This document shows, in pieces, positions 12,575 through 26,986 of a DNA stretch of 64,000 nucleotides (position 1 is the stretch's first letter; each line of letters starts with the position of its first letter). This stretch comes from Mobula hypostoma (lineage: Eukaryota). The notes under the pieces were generated by a model. The model was not told the origin of the DNA. It did not search any database and was given only the letters and a program-made list of their open reading frames with translations. The DNA lies in contig NC_086098.1 in NCBI RefSeq assembly GCF_963921235.1, forward strand, positions 237,460,001-237,524,000. The letters run 5' to 3'. The position numbers and the translations under genes were made by a program.

Positions 12575-12870
12575 GAGTGGCTGGGTTGGTTGATTGGCAC
12601 CCGTCAGTCTCGAAGGACAATGGGTAATGATGATGATCATCACAAGCCTAGGTAGAAGGTATGGATATCCTGAGATCATCCTCTCGCCATTCCAAAAGAA
12701 AGCTTAAGAAACAATACGTTTGGCACCAGTTCGGCTCCAGGAGCTGCCGGAATTATATTCAATGACGTCCAGCCACTTTGGGGCTCCACTCCGGATCTGC
12801 TAACTGGGTTTACTCCCGTAGCCCTCGTCTCCTGGAAGCTTACCTACAAGGCAGTGGGGCTATTTACCCA
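12575..12870 (-). mobile_element. Short RTE-derived non-autonomous element (5' UTR joined to 3' end)
   Basis: Minus strand: ggagtaaaccc...tccggagtggagcccc RTE-like 5' motif, ending acccattgtccttcgagactgacgggtgcc plus a (caac)n tail. Recognition from memory. Confidence 0.55.
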
Positions 12871-13429
12871 TAGCGGGGTGTCGGTAAGTATAATTATTTA
12901 TGAAGAGGTCTGTTGTCTTACTCACAGAAAGGGAAACGGGCGATATGGAGAGTGCGCAAGGAAGGAGGAAGGAGGATTGCAGTCGGTGGTCCTGTTATTG
13001 TGGTACAGAGTCGAGGGAACGACTTATATACTCCTGCTCTTCAATACGATTTTACCAGTGAGATTTAATCGGGAGTAGGGGTGTAGGTGTCGTTGTTGAG
13101 TTATGAGAGTTTGGGTTTGAGAGCTGCAAAGCAGTTTGTCAATAAACTCGGACATTACCCTTCTCAATCAAACCCATACCGACCATCAGATTAATCTAAC
13201 CAGTTAATCCAATCCAGATGGTGGTTCATGGGGTTTAACAGTAAGGTGTCAGCTTGTGTCCATAGGTGGGGCTGATGCAGCTGTGGTCCTCGTCACCTCC
13301 CATTTGGGACAAACTGGGACACCGTTTATATAGGTACAGTCACGCAAATTGCTGCTGTGATTGGAAGGTATTCTAAGGAACCGAATATATAGCGAGAAGG
13401 ACCGATTATGATAGTGCGCGGGAGGTCAA

Positions 13430-14510
13430 GTCAAATCAATCTTATAGAGTTTCTCGAGGAAGTTACTGGGAAAAATCTATGAAGGGAATGCAGTGGCTGC
13501 TGTGCACATGAACGTCCGCAAACGTTGGACAAGATCCGTTTTGGGGGGTTGTTGAAAAAGGTTCAGTCACCTAGCATTAAATATGAAGCAGTAACTGGTT
13601 TCCTGTCTTATTGGCGGCCCGTGACTCGTGGTGTGGATTGGTGCCTGGTCCGTTGTTGTACATCAACGAAATGAATGATAATGTGGAAAACCGGATTAGC
13701 ACATTTGCCGGTGACTGGGGGTATACTGAATAGTTTGGGAGTCTATGAAAGCTTGCATCGGGGCTGGGCCAGCGGGAAATATGGGCTGAAGAACGGTAGA
13801 AGGAATTTAATTCAGAGAAGTGTGATGTGTTGCCCTTTCATAGAACCTACCAGCTCTTACACGCTGAGCGGTAGGGCACTAAAGTTTTCAGTAGAACTGA
13901 GGAAACTGGAAACAAGAATGAAAGCAGAGTCACAGGACGAAATGTATTTTTTAGAGGGGCTGGGTCTGGTGTTCAAATTATATAAGGTGTTGTTGAGGCC
14001 TACGTTGGGGCATTGTGTGCAGTGTTAGTCACTTACCTACAGGAAGGGTGTTAATAAGAATGAAAGAAAACAGGGAATATCTACAAGGATATTGCCGAGA
14101 TTTGAGGACCTGAGCTATAGGGAATAGTTCAATAGGTTGGATCTTTATTGCCTGGAACGTAGAAGATTGAGGGGTGATTTGATAAAGGTATACAAATTAT
14201 GAGGGGTAAATGCAAGCGCAGGTTGACTGAGACTACAAATAGAGGCCATGGGTTAAAGGTAAAAGATGGAAGGGTAAGGGGAACATGAGGAAAAACTTCT
14301 TCACTCAGAGGGCAATGACAGTGCGGAAAGAGTTGCCAGCTGAAGTTTTTGGATGCGAGTTCGATTTCAACGTTTGTGGAGGTCCGTGGATGGGTGAGGT
14401 CTGGATGGCGATGATCCAGATACAGGTCGTTGGGACGAAGCAGCATAATATTTCGACACAGACTAAATGGGCCAAATGCGGACCTCTGCACTGCAGTATT
14501 ATATGACCAA
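13430..14510 (+). mobile_element. Highly degenerate CR1 RT/3' fragment
   Basis: LYKVLLRPTLGHCVQC; MRKNFFTQRA; 3' tail gggccaaatgcggacc. Confidence 0.82.
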
Positions 14511-15639
14511 ATGCATCTCTTGTTGATTCACCAAATTAGAAATGTATTGAAGTCAGCCGTATTGACAGGTTAGTGGAGGGTAACAATATAAGGGAATTGG
14601 GTAATTTCATTGGCGGAGTAGGTGTAGTTTCGGACTTGCACTGCAACAGTTTTCACTGCTAGATAGTACAAGTGTATGAAACCTTGTGTACCTAAAGCAC
14701 ATTGGTTTAATGAATCCCAGGGGCGAACAATTCCTTCCCAGTGTATAGAGGTGACAGCGGTCACTCAAACAACTGGACGAAAACTGATGACCCAGTCTGT
14801 TTATTTGACTACTCCGTTCCATTCGTTAGAAGAGAGCCAACAAACAAAGAAGTTTATTGATTTTTCACTCTTGTTGGAATGTCCGAAATTCTGACAGGCG
14901 ATATAGAAATGAAAACTCATTTTTTGTTAGCTTGTCATGTCTCGTCTGAGACACACCCTCAGTGCTCTCTGCTACCGCCACATGGTCACTCGTGGAAAGT
15001 CCAGGAGCTCCCTTTCCCCTTCTGAGCTCCTTACCCACTGCCGGTTAGGGCCGTGCACTTCTCCTGACAAATACACTATAACTTATACAAATCACAGACG
15101 ACTTGATTTCAGAAATTGCTCGGTATTATTGGGAATCGAGCTGTACAATACTCTGACATACTCAAATATCATGAGCATTCAACACATAATTTTGTTCATA
15201 TACTGCCAAAACTGAATTTCACCGATGGAGTAATTCATTGCCTGATAAGTAACAAATCAACTCCACGCATTATGCAGAAGCGTATGCAAATTCGGATTAA
15301 TAATACTTCAGAAAAATTATGAAGACACCCATCACATTCTTTTCCAAAGAACTTAAATCCCCGGGCTTCTTCAGTTGACTTATGTGTGTTTCTGGCCTGA
15401 AAGTCACGCGTCACCGAAATTTTAGTCTTTGCACCTGTTTAGGCCGTGAGCTTTTTTGGCTGCCCGATTGCCCCACGAAAGCTAGCAATGTGGAAGTTTC
15501 ATAACATAGGTTTAACTTCCGTGCGTGTTTGTAGTTTAAGAGGTGATTTTAATGTGGAGATTAAGGTGATCTGAAATGCGGTTCTGATGACTGGCTGGAA
15601 AGAAGAGGAAAACTATTGATTTTTGTAGATGATGACGGT

Positions 15640-15790
15640 TCAGTTGAGTTATGGGGAAGTTCAGAATGAGGGATATAACCATGAAAACAAAGGCAGACTG
15701 CTCAGCATTGGCCTCAGGCAGAATCTTTTCTCAAGCTGTGGTGAAATCTGCAACCCTTCCTCTGAAGCTTCTCGGGACAGGCGATTTGCT
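15640..15790 (+). mobile_element. Very old CR1 3' fragment
   Basis: Resembles the RTRGH...RNFFSQRVV coding segment (cagaatcttttctcaagctgtggtgaaatct). Confidence 0.5.
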
Positions 15791-16269
15791 GTCAGCAGGT
15801 TCGCATATGGCCCCAGTGCAGAGCAACAGAGACTGAAGCGGGTCGACATTTCACAGACTTTATTTCGAACAGAGTTAGAGCGAAAAGACAACAATAAAAG
15901 CTAGGCCAAACAGGGCCGTCTACTAAAATTCTCAAATAGAAAATGAAGTTCACTGCGGTTGAAAGGAATAACCAAATAAAAAAGGAGTACTGCTCGTCTT
16001 CAGAGTCAGTTGATTCGACAGTCCCATTTCTTAGACAAGGTCGAATGCAAGCAGGCAGCGAAGCGTTGCTGTGCTGGGTGCAAGTCTCGACAAGCACCAC
16101 GGCGGAATGAATGGAGTCACATACTATCACAATGACTAATAATAATTAGCTGACACGTGCATACCACGAGTGCAATTGCCATATTTGCTGCGCTGTCGAA
16201 TCCCTGCTTATGACATCAGTTCTGTATGTCAGCGTAAGGACTGCTTAAGTACTCCAAAGTAAAGAGATT

Positions 16270-18900
16270 TAGGATCAAATTTCAAAGTTCAAAATAATTT
16301 TATTATCAAAGTACACACATGTCACCATGTACAAAGCTTGCGGGCATAGTCAGTAATTCCATGAACCACAGCAGAATCACTGAAAGACCACACCCAATAG
16401 AATAGAAATACACACTGTGAACAGAAGACAACGAACTGTGTAAATACGAAATAAAAGTAAAGAACTAATAATAAATAAATAAATAACCAATACATAGAGA
16501 AAATGAGCAAGGAGAGCATGGTCTGGGTAGTGGGTGTGATGAACTTGACGTTATCTGCTACTTTCCGTCGGATTTTCCGTGCAAGGGCATTGGTGCGTTT
16601 CCATGTCAAGCCGTGACGCAAAACAGTCAATGCGCCCTCCACTACACACCTATGGACGTTTGTTAAAGTTTTAGATGTCATGCCGATACTTCATAAGCTT
16701 CTAAGGAAATAGAGATGATGCCGTGCTTTCGTTGTAACTGCACTTTCCTGCAGAGCCCAGGATAGGTTCTTGAAACAGAAACACCAAGGATTTAATAATT
16801 ACTGACCCTCTCCACACCTGATCGTCGAAGTAGGAGTACCTCTTGGACCTCCAGTTTCCTCCTCCTGAGGTCAATATTCAGCTCTTTCTTTTGCCACATT
16901 GATTGAAAGGATGTTGTTGTGGGACCACTTAGTAAAATATTCAGTCTTCCTCCGATTTGCTGATTCGTCACCAAATTTGATTCGGACAACAACAATTGTG
17001 TTGTTAGCAAACTTATTTATGGCATTGTAGCTGTGCTTAGCTTCACATTCATAAGTGTACAGCGAGTAAGATAATGGGCTGAGTACACGTCATTTTTTTG
17101 CACACGTGCTGATGGAAATTGTGTAAGAGTTGTTATTGCTACTCCGAACTGGCTGGCATCTGGAATTCAGCAAATCATGAATCCAATTGCACAATAAAGC
17201 AATTAGGCCAAGAACTTGATGCTTATTAGTTTAGATTTCAGGGGTGGTGGTGTTGTATGCCAACCTGTCGTCGATAAAGACCAACCCGGTGTATGCATTC
17301 TTGCTGCCTAGATGCTACAGTGGTGAGTGAGAAGGCAATGAAAAAGTATTAGCAACGCTTCTGTTGTGCCAATAGGCATATTGGAGAGGATCTACGTCGT
17401 TTCTCAGGCAGGAGTGGATATGTTTCATCACCAACGTCTGAAAGCGCTTCATGACGGTGGATGTAGTAAGTGCTACGGAACGTGTCACAGAGGAAGATTC
17501 CCACATTCTTCTTAGACACCGATATAATTGAACCTGCTTGAAGCAGGTGGGAACATCACACTGCCGAAGCACGAGTTTAAAGATATTGGTGAACACTCCA
17601 GCCAGTTGATTAGCACAGTTTTTTCATACCCGGCCAGGTACTCCATTTGGGCCGGATGATTTCCGTGAGTTCACTCTTCTGACGGATGTTCGCACTTCAA
17701 CCTCAAGACTGAGATCATAGGGCTATCGCGGGCTGCAGGAGTTCCTGAATGTTCCTCCATGTTTTGACGGTCAAATGGACCATAGGAGGCATTGAGCTCA
17801 TCCGGCTGCGAAGCGCTGCTGTTTTATGTCGCTTAGTTTCAGTTGGTAAGAGGTACTAACATTCAAGCCTTCCCACAGTTGTCGCGCACCCTCCAGTGAT
17901 TGAAGATTAGTCCGGAATTGCTAGTTCGCCCGTGAGATAGCTTTCCGGAGATCGGACCTGGTCGCCTTGTACCTTACTTGTTTGCCAGGCCTGAAGTGCA
18001 GTGATCTAGCCCTCATCAGATTTCGGATCTCATAGTTCAACCAGAAATTCTAGTAGGGAAAGATTCTGAATTATTTTCTCAGTACCCACTCGTCTACGAC
18101 TATTTTTTTATAAAGTCCGTGACAACCGTTCTATATTCATTTAGATACTCCGATGTTTCATTGAACGCGGCCCAGTCCACCGACTGGAAGCAATCTCGTT
18201 GCCCAGCCCCAGCTTTCTGCGACCATATTTTTGTTGCCCTTAGCTTTGGAGCCTTCTTTTGAACCTCTGACTGTATTCAGGTAGGAGAAGGACATGCAAG
18301 TGATCAGATTTCCCGAAATGCGGTCTTCGCAGGGAACGAGAGATATTCCTTATTTTAGTATATCAATGATTTCGGGTGTTGGTTGCCGGACGTTACAGAT
18401 GATATGTTGATGATAATTAGGTCGAGACTTTTTCAATTAAGCTTGGTTGGAAACCGACTATGATTTGAAATCCCTCGGGGGACGGTGTCCTGTTTGGGGA
18501 TGGCAGGCGTCAATATCTCGCGTGTTTGGTTAACGTCGGCGTTTGGCTGTATATAAACTGCGGCCAGGATCACGAACGAGGAATTTCCTGACAAGTAGAA
18601 TGGTGGGTACTCAATCCTTAGATGTTCCAGGCCCAGCGTAAGTAGAGTACGGGAAAATCACTACATCAGAGCACCACAAAGAGTTTAACATGAAACACAG
18701 TCTCCCATATTTTTCCTTCGCGGAATCATCAGTTCCATCCGTCCTGTCTATCGAGAATCCTTCAGGTTCCGGCGTGTCCGGAGTAAGCCATGTGCAGTGA
18801 CGTACAGAACAGAGCAAATCCTCATTTTCCTCCGAAAGAGTAATCCGACCCTAAGATCCTCTTTCTTGTTTTCCGGCGAGTGAGCACTTGTTAACAAGAT
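16270..18900 (-). mobile_element. Degenerate Rex1/Babar LINE
   Basis: FTNIFKL...VPTCFK...VMKRFQTLV...DPLQYAY (RT); WLTPDTPEPEGFSIDRTD...LCFMLNSLWCSDV (endonuclease); (ttcaaag)n-type tail at 16270. Confidence 0.88.
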
Positions 18901-19059
18901 GCTTGGTGGTGGTGGTGGTGGTGGTGGGTTGGGGTTGGGGGAGATGTCATTCCTCTGCGTTTCAGCTGCGACTGGACAGCAAATACGTTTGTGATGCAGG
19001 TCAGTTGTGATTTCATTGAAAGTTGTTTCAGGACGGATGGATCAGCAGTATTGGTATCC

Positions 19060-19740
19060 GTTTATTGTTATACGGAGAAAAGATTATTTTGCATGTTGTT
19101 CATACAGATAAGTTCATTACTTACTACATTGACCGATAACAGGGTAAAATAATAACTCCCCCATGGACTGTCCCAAGCCCGGCTGCGAGAAGTGGAAGAT
19201 TGGGCATGAGACGAGAAAATCCATACTGTGAAATCTCAGAGCTAGAGAAACTTCAACAGAAGGTCCAAAGACAGCATCCATGGGAGAAGAAGATTTTCCC
19301 CGGAAGGTGTATGAGGTAAAGTAGTGAGAGCGGAAGTCACAGGGCCGATCAAGGCTAAGGACAGGTCTCTGACGAGTTTCTGTCGGCGGCCCATGCCCCA
19401 TTTGGGGTGATGTGCATCAGAGAACGTAACCAATTACCATGCAGAATAAAACGTAAACGGTATAGATAAAATGCAGTGCAGGTAAATGACCATCACAGGG
19501 GAGATTGTGAAGCCAAGAGTCCATCCAATCGTTCAAAAAGGCAGTTTAAGAGTCTGATGACAGTGGATCGAAGCTGTCCTTGATTCTGGGGATACGTCCT
19601 TTCAGGGTTTTGCATCTTCTGCCCGTTGGGAGGGTAGCGTGGGGGAAAAGAGATTTTCTCGGGTGGGTGGGATCATCCAATATGCTGACTGCATAACTGA
19701 GGCAGCAGGAAGCACAGACATAGTTAATGAGTAACATTTC
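19060..19740 (-). mobile_element. Rex1-type 3' fragment, interrupted at about 19160-19340 by a short RTE-derived element (+)
   Basis: ILDDPTHPRKSLF...LPTGRRCKTLK...IKDSF; the insert begins ccccatggactgtcccaagcccgg. Confidence 0.65.
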
Positions 19741-21729
19741 TGTTCAGAATTTAAAAGAAAAGGAATGATAGGTTTGATTCGCAGTGCTTTCCTTAAACAT
19801 TAGCAGGCTATGCGAATTATTTTCCACTTTTCAAAATCTCCGGATATAACGATGGATCTTGGCAAGAGCCACCGTGGTGGCAATCATCTTCTTATTAAAC
19901 TGAAACCCCGCTGGTTTCCTTGGCTGCTTATGTCTGGGGAAGACACATTTGGTCCCGCCAAACCCGGGAGATTGAGATGGCTCTCCCACCCAAAAGACGG
20001 TTTCTGTTCATGCTGTGTAATTTGCAACCCTGTAAAACTTAGTGCAAGAAACAACAGACAGCACACTGCATACGATTAAAGGAAATATATTTATGAGTTT
20101 TAACTGTAGGATTAGCGAAGAAAGCAAAGAAAAAACAAAAAGAGCCTATTATAATTAAATAGTCAAATGTGCAGCAGTTGGACCTCAATACATCGATCCT
20201 CAGTTGCTCCTGCCGTCCGTCTCGGTCTAATCACAATCTCTCCACCGGGTCGTGTCCTACGACCGGTTCTCCCTAGCGTCTACTCTCTTCATCTCACAGC
20301 AAACGATAGACCAAGCTCACATTCCAAAGCGTCCTTTATCTCTAACCATAACCCAAACACTGCTTCTAAAGAGAGACCATTGGGTGAGCAGTGAAACCTT
20401 GAGAACCAATAGTTCTCAACCATTCACTTGATCATTCAAGGAGACAGCGCAGAGCAACTAAAACTTGTGTTTCACAAACAGAACATGAACGAGAGACATG
20501 TTCAACGTGAATGAAATATGGATATGCTCGCGTGGGAGAAATAAGTGAATCTATCTCAATTCGAAGAACGTGAAGAGAGTTTCAACGCGATTGATTAACG
20601 TTATAGGTCGGAGGATGGCTTTTGCATTCAACATAAAGCGTGATGATAATCTGGCACTGCTTTAACGTTTTGGTGGTTGCGGATCCAACTCAGTTTTATT
20701 GAGGCCTCTGTTCATTATTCCGCACATCACTCTTGTAACGCATGGTTATATCCTGTCAGCTTGCATCAGTATAGTCATTCTCCTCTACTCTATCTTAGTA
20801 AAAAGGTGTTTTCGCCCACAGACCTGTCGTTCACTCATCTTTTTTTTGTTTTTCTTTTCTCACCATTCTCTTGCACTTCAGAGAATTTTGAGCCAGAAAA
20901 AAAATCCAGGAGATACGCAGTTTCCGACACCCAAACCACCCTGTCTGGCATCCACAATCATGTCAAGACTAATGCCACCTAGATCCTCATTTTGATGTTT
21001 GGTCTCCACAATAAACGAACCTCTTGATCCCGTCTGAATTCTTCTATAGATTGAGTTGCTGCCACATGACTTGTCGATTAGACATTTGCCTTAACAATCA
21101 GCAATATCTAATAAAGTTGGCACTGAGTGTTTACATTTCTTATGGGTATGATATACTGACGTCTAAAGCATTACGACGTTTGTGGGTTGCCTCAGTTGTG
21201 CTGGTTGTTAATCCAAACTTTGTATTTCACTGTATGTGCCGATATATATGTGACAAGTAAGAATAATCACATACTTGCCTTTGTTCTTGGAAGGACACGA
21301 TATATCATGAAAGAGAGACTAAAGAGTTTGGTCCCATACGCAGAGAATTAAATTCCTAAACTGCGTTACGTTACAAGAAACTGTGCTATTGCTCCTGGTA
21401 TCGATCTTTAAACTCCGCACACGCCGGAGCAATATTCCTTTGTGCAACACGGGACTGATTTTCATGATAGGAACCACGTCACAAGTGAAAGGTTCCATAT
21501 AAAAGTACTTGTTGCGATCACTCGCACCATCTTTCGGGGAAGGATGGCGCAACGACATCTCCGTCAGCGCCCTTTTTTGTGCCTGCTTCTCCTATCCCGT
21601 GTTCGCAGTGAAAAGATCGTAAACAGTTAAATGCATGGAAGAATTAAAACAGATCAGATTGACACCTTTCTTGGATGTCCAGCGATAAATTTATTTTCCG
21701 AATCAATACTGCTTCTGCAGATTTATTTC

Positions 21730-21970
21730 TCATAACACCAAATTAGGCGTGTCAGCTGCATAGCGAATATCTTTTTTCTTCGTTTTAAGCGCATCACCCC
21801 TACTAGGGCACAAGACGCCGACAGATAATTCCTCCACATGGATAGGGTCTTTGGATCTCCTTATGGTGATTCTGTAGCTCTGGGGTTTACGGGTAGGGGT
21901 AGCAAGCCCCAATGCCCAGACCTCCTCCTTTTGCAGCCCGGCTTGGGACATACCACGGCGGAGTTATAGC
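21730..21970 (-). mobile_element. Short RTE-derived non-autonomous element
   Basis: tgtcccaagccgggctgc...ggggcttgctacccctacccgtaaacc, the same motif set as 19160 and 47900. Confidence 0.55.
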
Positions 21971-22809
21971 GGTAGTATTCAGTCAAAAAATACTGCTACG
22001 GAATCGCAAGTCATATTGGGCATAATCGTTTCAATTGCCAGGAGAAAAGTGATTTTCTCCAAGTAACATCTGCAGTTTGAAGCGGTGGGCGGCAGCTCTA
22101 CACGAGATGTAATCGGCAAACCAGGTTCAATAGCGAAGACATGTGGGATTCCATTTCCTGCAGCCCTTAACATCCGTTCACCCCTGGGAAACAAAGTAAG
22201 TAAGGACATGGTATGGCGTACTCGCAATTGACATACATGAAACAGAGTAAAAATGTCTTTTCCGAATTCCCATCTGATTGCTGATATCTCAGGAATTACC
22301 ATATTTTGCTGGCATTTATAAATTTCCAAATGAGCTGTTCGGAGGCCAGTCGTAACTTCCAGAATTCTCATAGAAAAGTTAAGAGTGTTCCTCAGTCAAT
22401 ACCGTGCATCCAAGGGAGACTAGTCATTCCATAGACCCTGCGCCGTAGCAGCAGAAGGAAGCCGTTCGACCCTACAGGTTTCAGAAGCATAAAGCAGAAG
22501 CGGGTACAAACTTCCAGAACCTACTTCCCTTCAATCACACTGCAACTGTCCAGTACCTTTGCTCGTTTTCACTGATAACCTTACGCCCTTATGAAGCCAC
22601 AACTGAAAATGTGACACTTCCTACCCTCTAGATACGCTAAATTGCGTTAAAACGTGATTTAAACACACACACGGCCCTGCATAAATGAAAAGAAAACAAC
22701 CGTGATTGAGCGATGGATCACAGATTCAAAGCACTGTGGCTGAGTGCTGGACTCCAGAGAACATTTTGCATTTATAACACAGGCACTGGACACCGTGATA
22801 TCATCAGGA

Positions 22810-23270
22810 ACACAAGAAAGCTGAAGATGCTGGAGATCCAGAGCAAAAACACACGCGCACACGCACTCACATACACTGGAGGACTTCAGCAGGGCAGGCA
22901 ACAACAATAAAGAAGAATAGAATCAACGTTTCGGTTCGAGTCACTTCATCAGGTTACGTGGTGTGTCTTGGCCCGAAACGGCTACTCTATTCCTTTCCAT
23001 AGATGCTGCTTGACATATTGAGTTCCTCCGGCAGATTGTGCTTTGCCGCAGTTTCGAATTAACAGGGGTAATATATTAACTGGAAAAGAAGAATAGTTAA
23101 AGGCAGGGGGCAAATATTAAAAATCACTGTGAAACTGCATCATAGGCTTGGTCCTCAAGAAGGGTCTCGGCCCGAAACTTCGTCTGTGTATTCATTTCCA
23201 TCGATGTTGCCTGGCCTGCTGAGCTCTTCCAGCATCTTGTTTGTTTTGCTTTGGATTTCCAGCATCTACA
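22810..23270. mobile_element. Penelope-like terminal-repeat remnants (palindromic) with degenerate minimal hammerhead motifs
   Basis: atgctggag...ctcagcagg...gtttcgg...ttcatcagg and its reverse; further copies near 31905, 41810, 45295, 45750, 48200. Confidence 0.75.
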
Positions 23271-23279
23271 CAAATTATT

Positions 23280-25890
23280 AATAGAACATAGAATACTACA
23301 GCACCGTACAGGCCATTCGGCCACAATGTTGTGCCGACCCTCAAACCCTGCCTCCAATATAAGCTCCCACCTTAAATTCCTCCATATACCTGTCTAGTAG
23401 TCTCTTAAACTTCACCAGTATATCTGCCTCCACTACTGACTCAGGCAGTGCATTCCACGCACCACCACCCTCTGAGTAAATAATCTTCCTCTAATATCCC
23501 CCTTGAACATCCCACCCCTTACCTTAAAGCCACGTCCTCTTGTATTGAGCAGGGGTGCCCTGGTGAAGAGGGGCTGGCTACCCACTCTATATATTCCTCT
23601 TATTATCTTGTACACCTCTATCATGTCTCCTCTCATCCTTCTTCTCTCCAAAGAGTAAAGCCCTAGCTCCCTTAATCTCTGATCATAATGCATACTCTCT
23701 GAACCAGGAATCATCCTGGTAAATCTCCTTTGTACCCTTTCCAATGCTTCCACATCCTTCTTATAGTGAGGCGACCAGAACTGGACACAGTAGTCCAAGT
23801 GTGGCCTAACCAGAGATTTATAGAGCTGCATGATTACATCGCGACTCTTAAACTCTATCCCTCGACTTATGAAAGCTAACAGTCCATAAGCTTTCTTAAC
23901 TACCCTATCCACCTGTGAGGCAACTTTCAGGGTGCTGTGGACATGTACCCCTAGATCCCTCTGCTCCTCCACACTACCAAGTATCCTGCCATTTACTTTG
24001 TACTCTGCCTTGGAGTTTGTCCTTCCAAATTGTACCACCTCACATTTCTTCGCGTTGAACTTCATCTGCCACTTCTCAGCCCACTTCTGCATCCTATCAA
24101 TGTCTCTCTGCAATCTTTTATAATCCTCTACAGTATCTACAACACCACCAACCTTTGCGTCGTCTCCAAACTTGCCAACCCACCCTTCTGCCCCCACATT
24201 CATGTCGTTAATAAAATTCATGAAAAGTAGAGGTCCCAGAACCGATCCTTGTGGGACACCACTAGTCACAACCCTCCAATCTGAATGTACTTCCTCCACC
24301 ACGACTCTCTGTCTTCTGCAGGCAAGCCAATTCTGAATCCACCTGGCCAAACATCCCTGGATCCCATGCCTTCTGACTTTCTGAATAAGCGTACCGTGTG
24401 GAACCTTGTCAAATGCCTTACTAAAATCCATACAGATCACATCCACTGCTCTACCCTCATCTATATGCCTAGTTACCTCCTCAAATAACTCTATCAGGCT
24501 TGTTAGACACGATCTGCCCTTCACAAAGCCATGATAACTGTCCCTGATGAGACCATGATTCTCTAAATGCCCAGAGATCCTGTTTCTAAGAATCTTTTCC
24601 AACAGCTTTCCCACCACAGACGTAAGGCTCACTGGTCTATAATTACCCGGACTATCCCTACTATCTTTTTTGAACAAGGAGACAAGATTCGCCTCCCTCC
24701 AATCCTCCGGTACCATTCCCGTGGACAACGAGGACATAAAGATACTAGCCAGAGGCTCAGCAATCTTCATCCCTCGCCTCGTGGAGCAGCCTGGGGAATA
24801 TTCCGGGGACTTATCCGTCCTAATGTATTTTAACAACTCCAACACCCCCTCTCCCTTGATATCAACATGCTCCAGAACATCAACCTCACTCATATTGTCC
24901 GCACCATCATCAAGTTCGCTTTCATTGGTGAATACCGAAGAGAAGTATTCATTGAGGACCTCGCTCACTTCCACAGCCTTCAGGCACATCTTCCCACCTT
25001 TATCTCTAATCATTCCTACCTTCACTCCTGTCATCCTTTTTTTTCTTCACATAATTGAAAAATGCATTGGGGTTTTCCTTTACCCTACTCGCCAAGGCCA
25101 TCTCATGCCCCCTTCTTGCTCTTCTCAGCCCTTTCTTAAGCTCCTTTCTTGCTTCCCTATATTCCTCAATAGACCCATCTGATCCCTGCTTCCTAAACCT
25201 CATGGATGCTGCGTTCTTCCACCTGACTAGATTTTCCACGTCACTTATGGTTCCTTCACCCTACCATTCTTTATGCTCCTCACTGGGACAAGTTTATCTC
25301 TAACATCCTGCAAGAGATCTCTAAGGATCGACCATATGTCCATAGTACATTTCTCTGCAAAAACATCATCCCAATTCACACCCGCAAGTTCTAGCCTTAT
25401 AGAGTCATAATTTGCCCTTCCCCTATTAAAAAATATCCTGTCCTCTCTGATTCTACCCTTTTCCATGATAATGTTAAAGGCCAGGGACCGGTGGGCAGTG
25501 TCCCCCAGATGCTCACCCACTGAGAGATCTGTGTCCTGACCCGGTTCATTACCGAATACTAGATCTGGTATGGCATTCCCCCTCGTCGGCGTGTCCACAT
25601 ACTATGACAGGAATCCATCCTGGACACACTGAGTAAACTCTGCCCCACCTAAACCCTTAGAACTAATCAGGTGCCAATCAATATTTGGGAAGTTAAAGGC
25701 GCCCATGATAACAACCCTGTTATTTTGCATCTTTCCAAAATCTGCCTCCCAATCTCCTCTTCTGTATCTTGGCTGCTACAGGGGGCCTATAAAGTACCCC
25801 CAATGGAGTAACTGCTCCCTTCCTGTTCCTGACTTCCGCCCATACTGACTCAAAAAAGGATCCTGCTACATTACGCACCCTTTCTGTAGC
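23280..25890 (-). mobile_element. CR1 LINE ORF2, about 2.6 kb, with a 533-aa open RT-containing frame
   Basis: ORF 23433..25034 (PGNYRPVSLTSVVGK, GVPQGSVLGP, FGDDAK, RPHLDYCVQFW) plus frameshifted endonuclease ORFs to about 25900; 3' tail at 23280. Confidence 0.96.
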
Positions 25891-26489
25891 TGTAATGGTA
25901 TCCCTATTGTGTTTATAATTTTGGTGCTGTAAAGATCTCCGATTTGTCCTCAGCTCTTTATATTCCACTTAACTACCAAGCACATTCTCAGGGGTTCTGT
26001 ATCTAGTATAATGTATCCAAAGTGTGGGCGATACAAAACCGGGCAGAGATGTGATTGGGAAATTGAAGTATACATAAAATATATGTATATCAATCCGTAA
26101 TATGAAGAAAATTAGGTATCATATGGGCAGCTATAAGATTGTTGACTGCATAACTCAGACGCAGAACTGGCCTTTCGAGTAGATGATGTCTCTTTTATGG
26201 CCCTCCGTGCTTGTGCACCTGCATTTTCTAATACGTTTCGTATCTAGTGCCGTTGACCCTTGTGCTCTCTGTTTCATCTTGTCAAGTTTATTTTGATTGG
26301 CACGGGATTTCTGCGTACTGATATTATTTAAGAAGGATTCCTCATTAGCACTTATGGTGGTGTCCTGGTTTTTCGAGAACGATTCCTCTCGTAGTGGTAC
26401 TCAGGCAAGCCATCAATGCTCTATTGGACTCACTATGAAAAAACTCTTGTTTCTGTCTCTGCACAGCTTTCCACCTGCTCTAAGTGAAT

Positions 26490-26765
26490 TCGACCGGACT
26501 GACTGTTGGTGCCAGATGTAACCTTTCATGTATCTCGGAAACCACTACTATCCTGGAATTCTGACGCACAACTATTACTAGAGTTTACAGAGAATGATGC
26601 GAAAAACGAACAAATAAACAAAAAATAACAACATCCAATGAATAGCAGTTCTGTGTGCTGAAAAGCCTTGTTAATGAAAAAGGTCAGAGGAGAACAATGA
26701 TGCAGAAGTGCATCTCTGAAGGCAGAATATGTCGAACAGTAGAAGAAGGCCATGAACATACAGGT
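26490..26765 (+). mobile_element. Tc1-type transposase fragment (internally deleted), duplicated at 30740-31025
   Basis: gttggtgccaga...ctcctggaatt...ctagagtttacagagaatg...ttgttaatga...ggtcagaggag encodes a decayed VVGARR...LLGFSxTTVSRVYRE segment. Confidence 0.75.
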
Positions 26766-26986
26766 GGTATCGCATAAAATGGTAAGAGCACGGGTTAGCA
26801 TTATATTTACTTCATTGCCTCTTCCTAATCCCCCTATTTACTGCTGCCATCTAATAATTCCTGATTTGTTTAATCTCAGATATGCTAGTGGGAACATATT
26901 TGTGCCATAACAGTTCACGTGAGACAAGTGAAAGATGTTACCCAGAACAGATACACAGGTGCAGAAAGGTAACATGGGGAGAGCTG

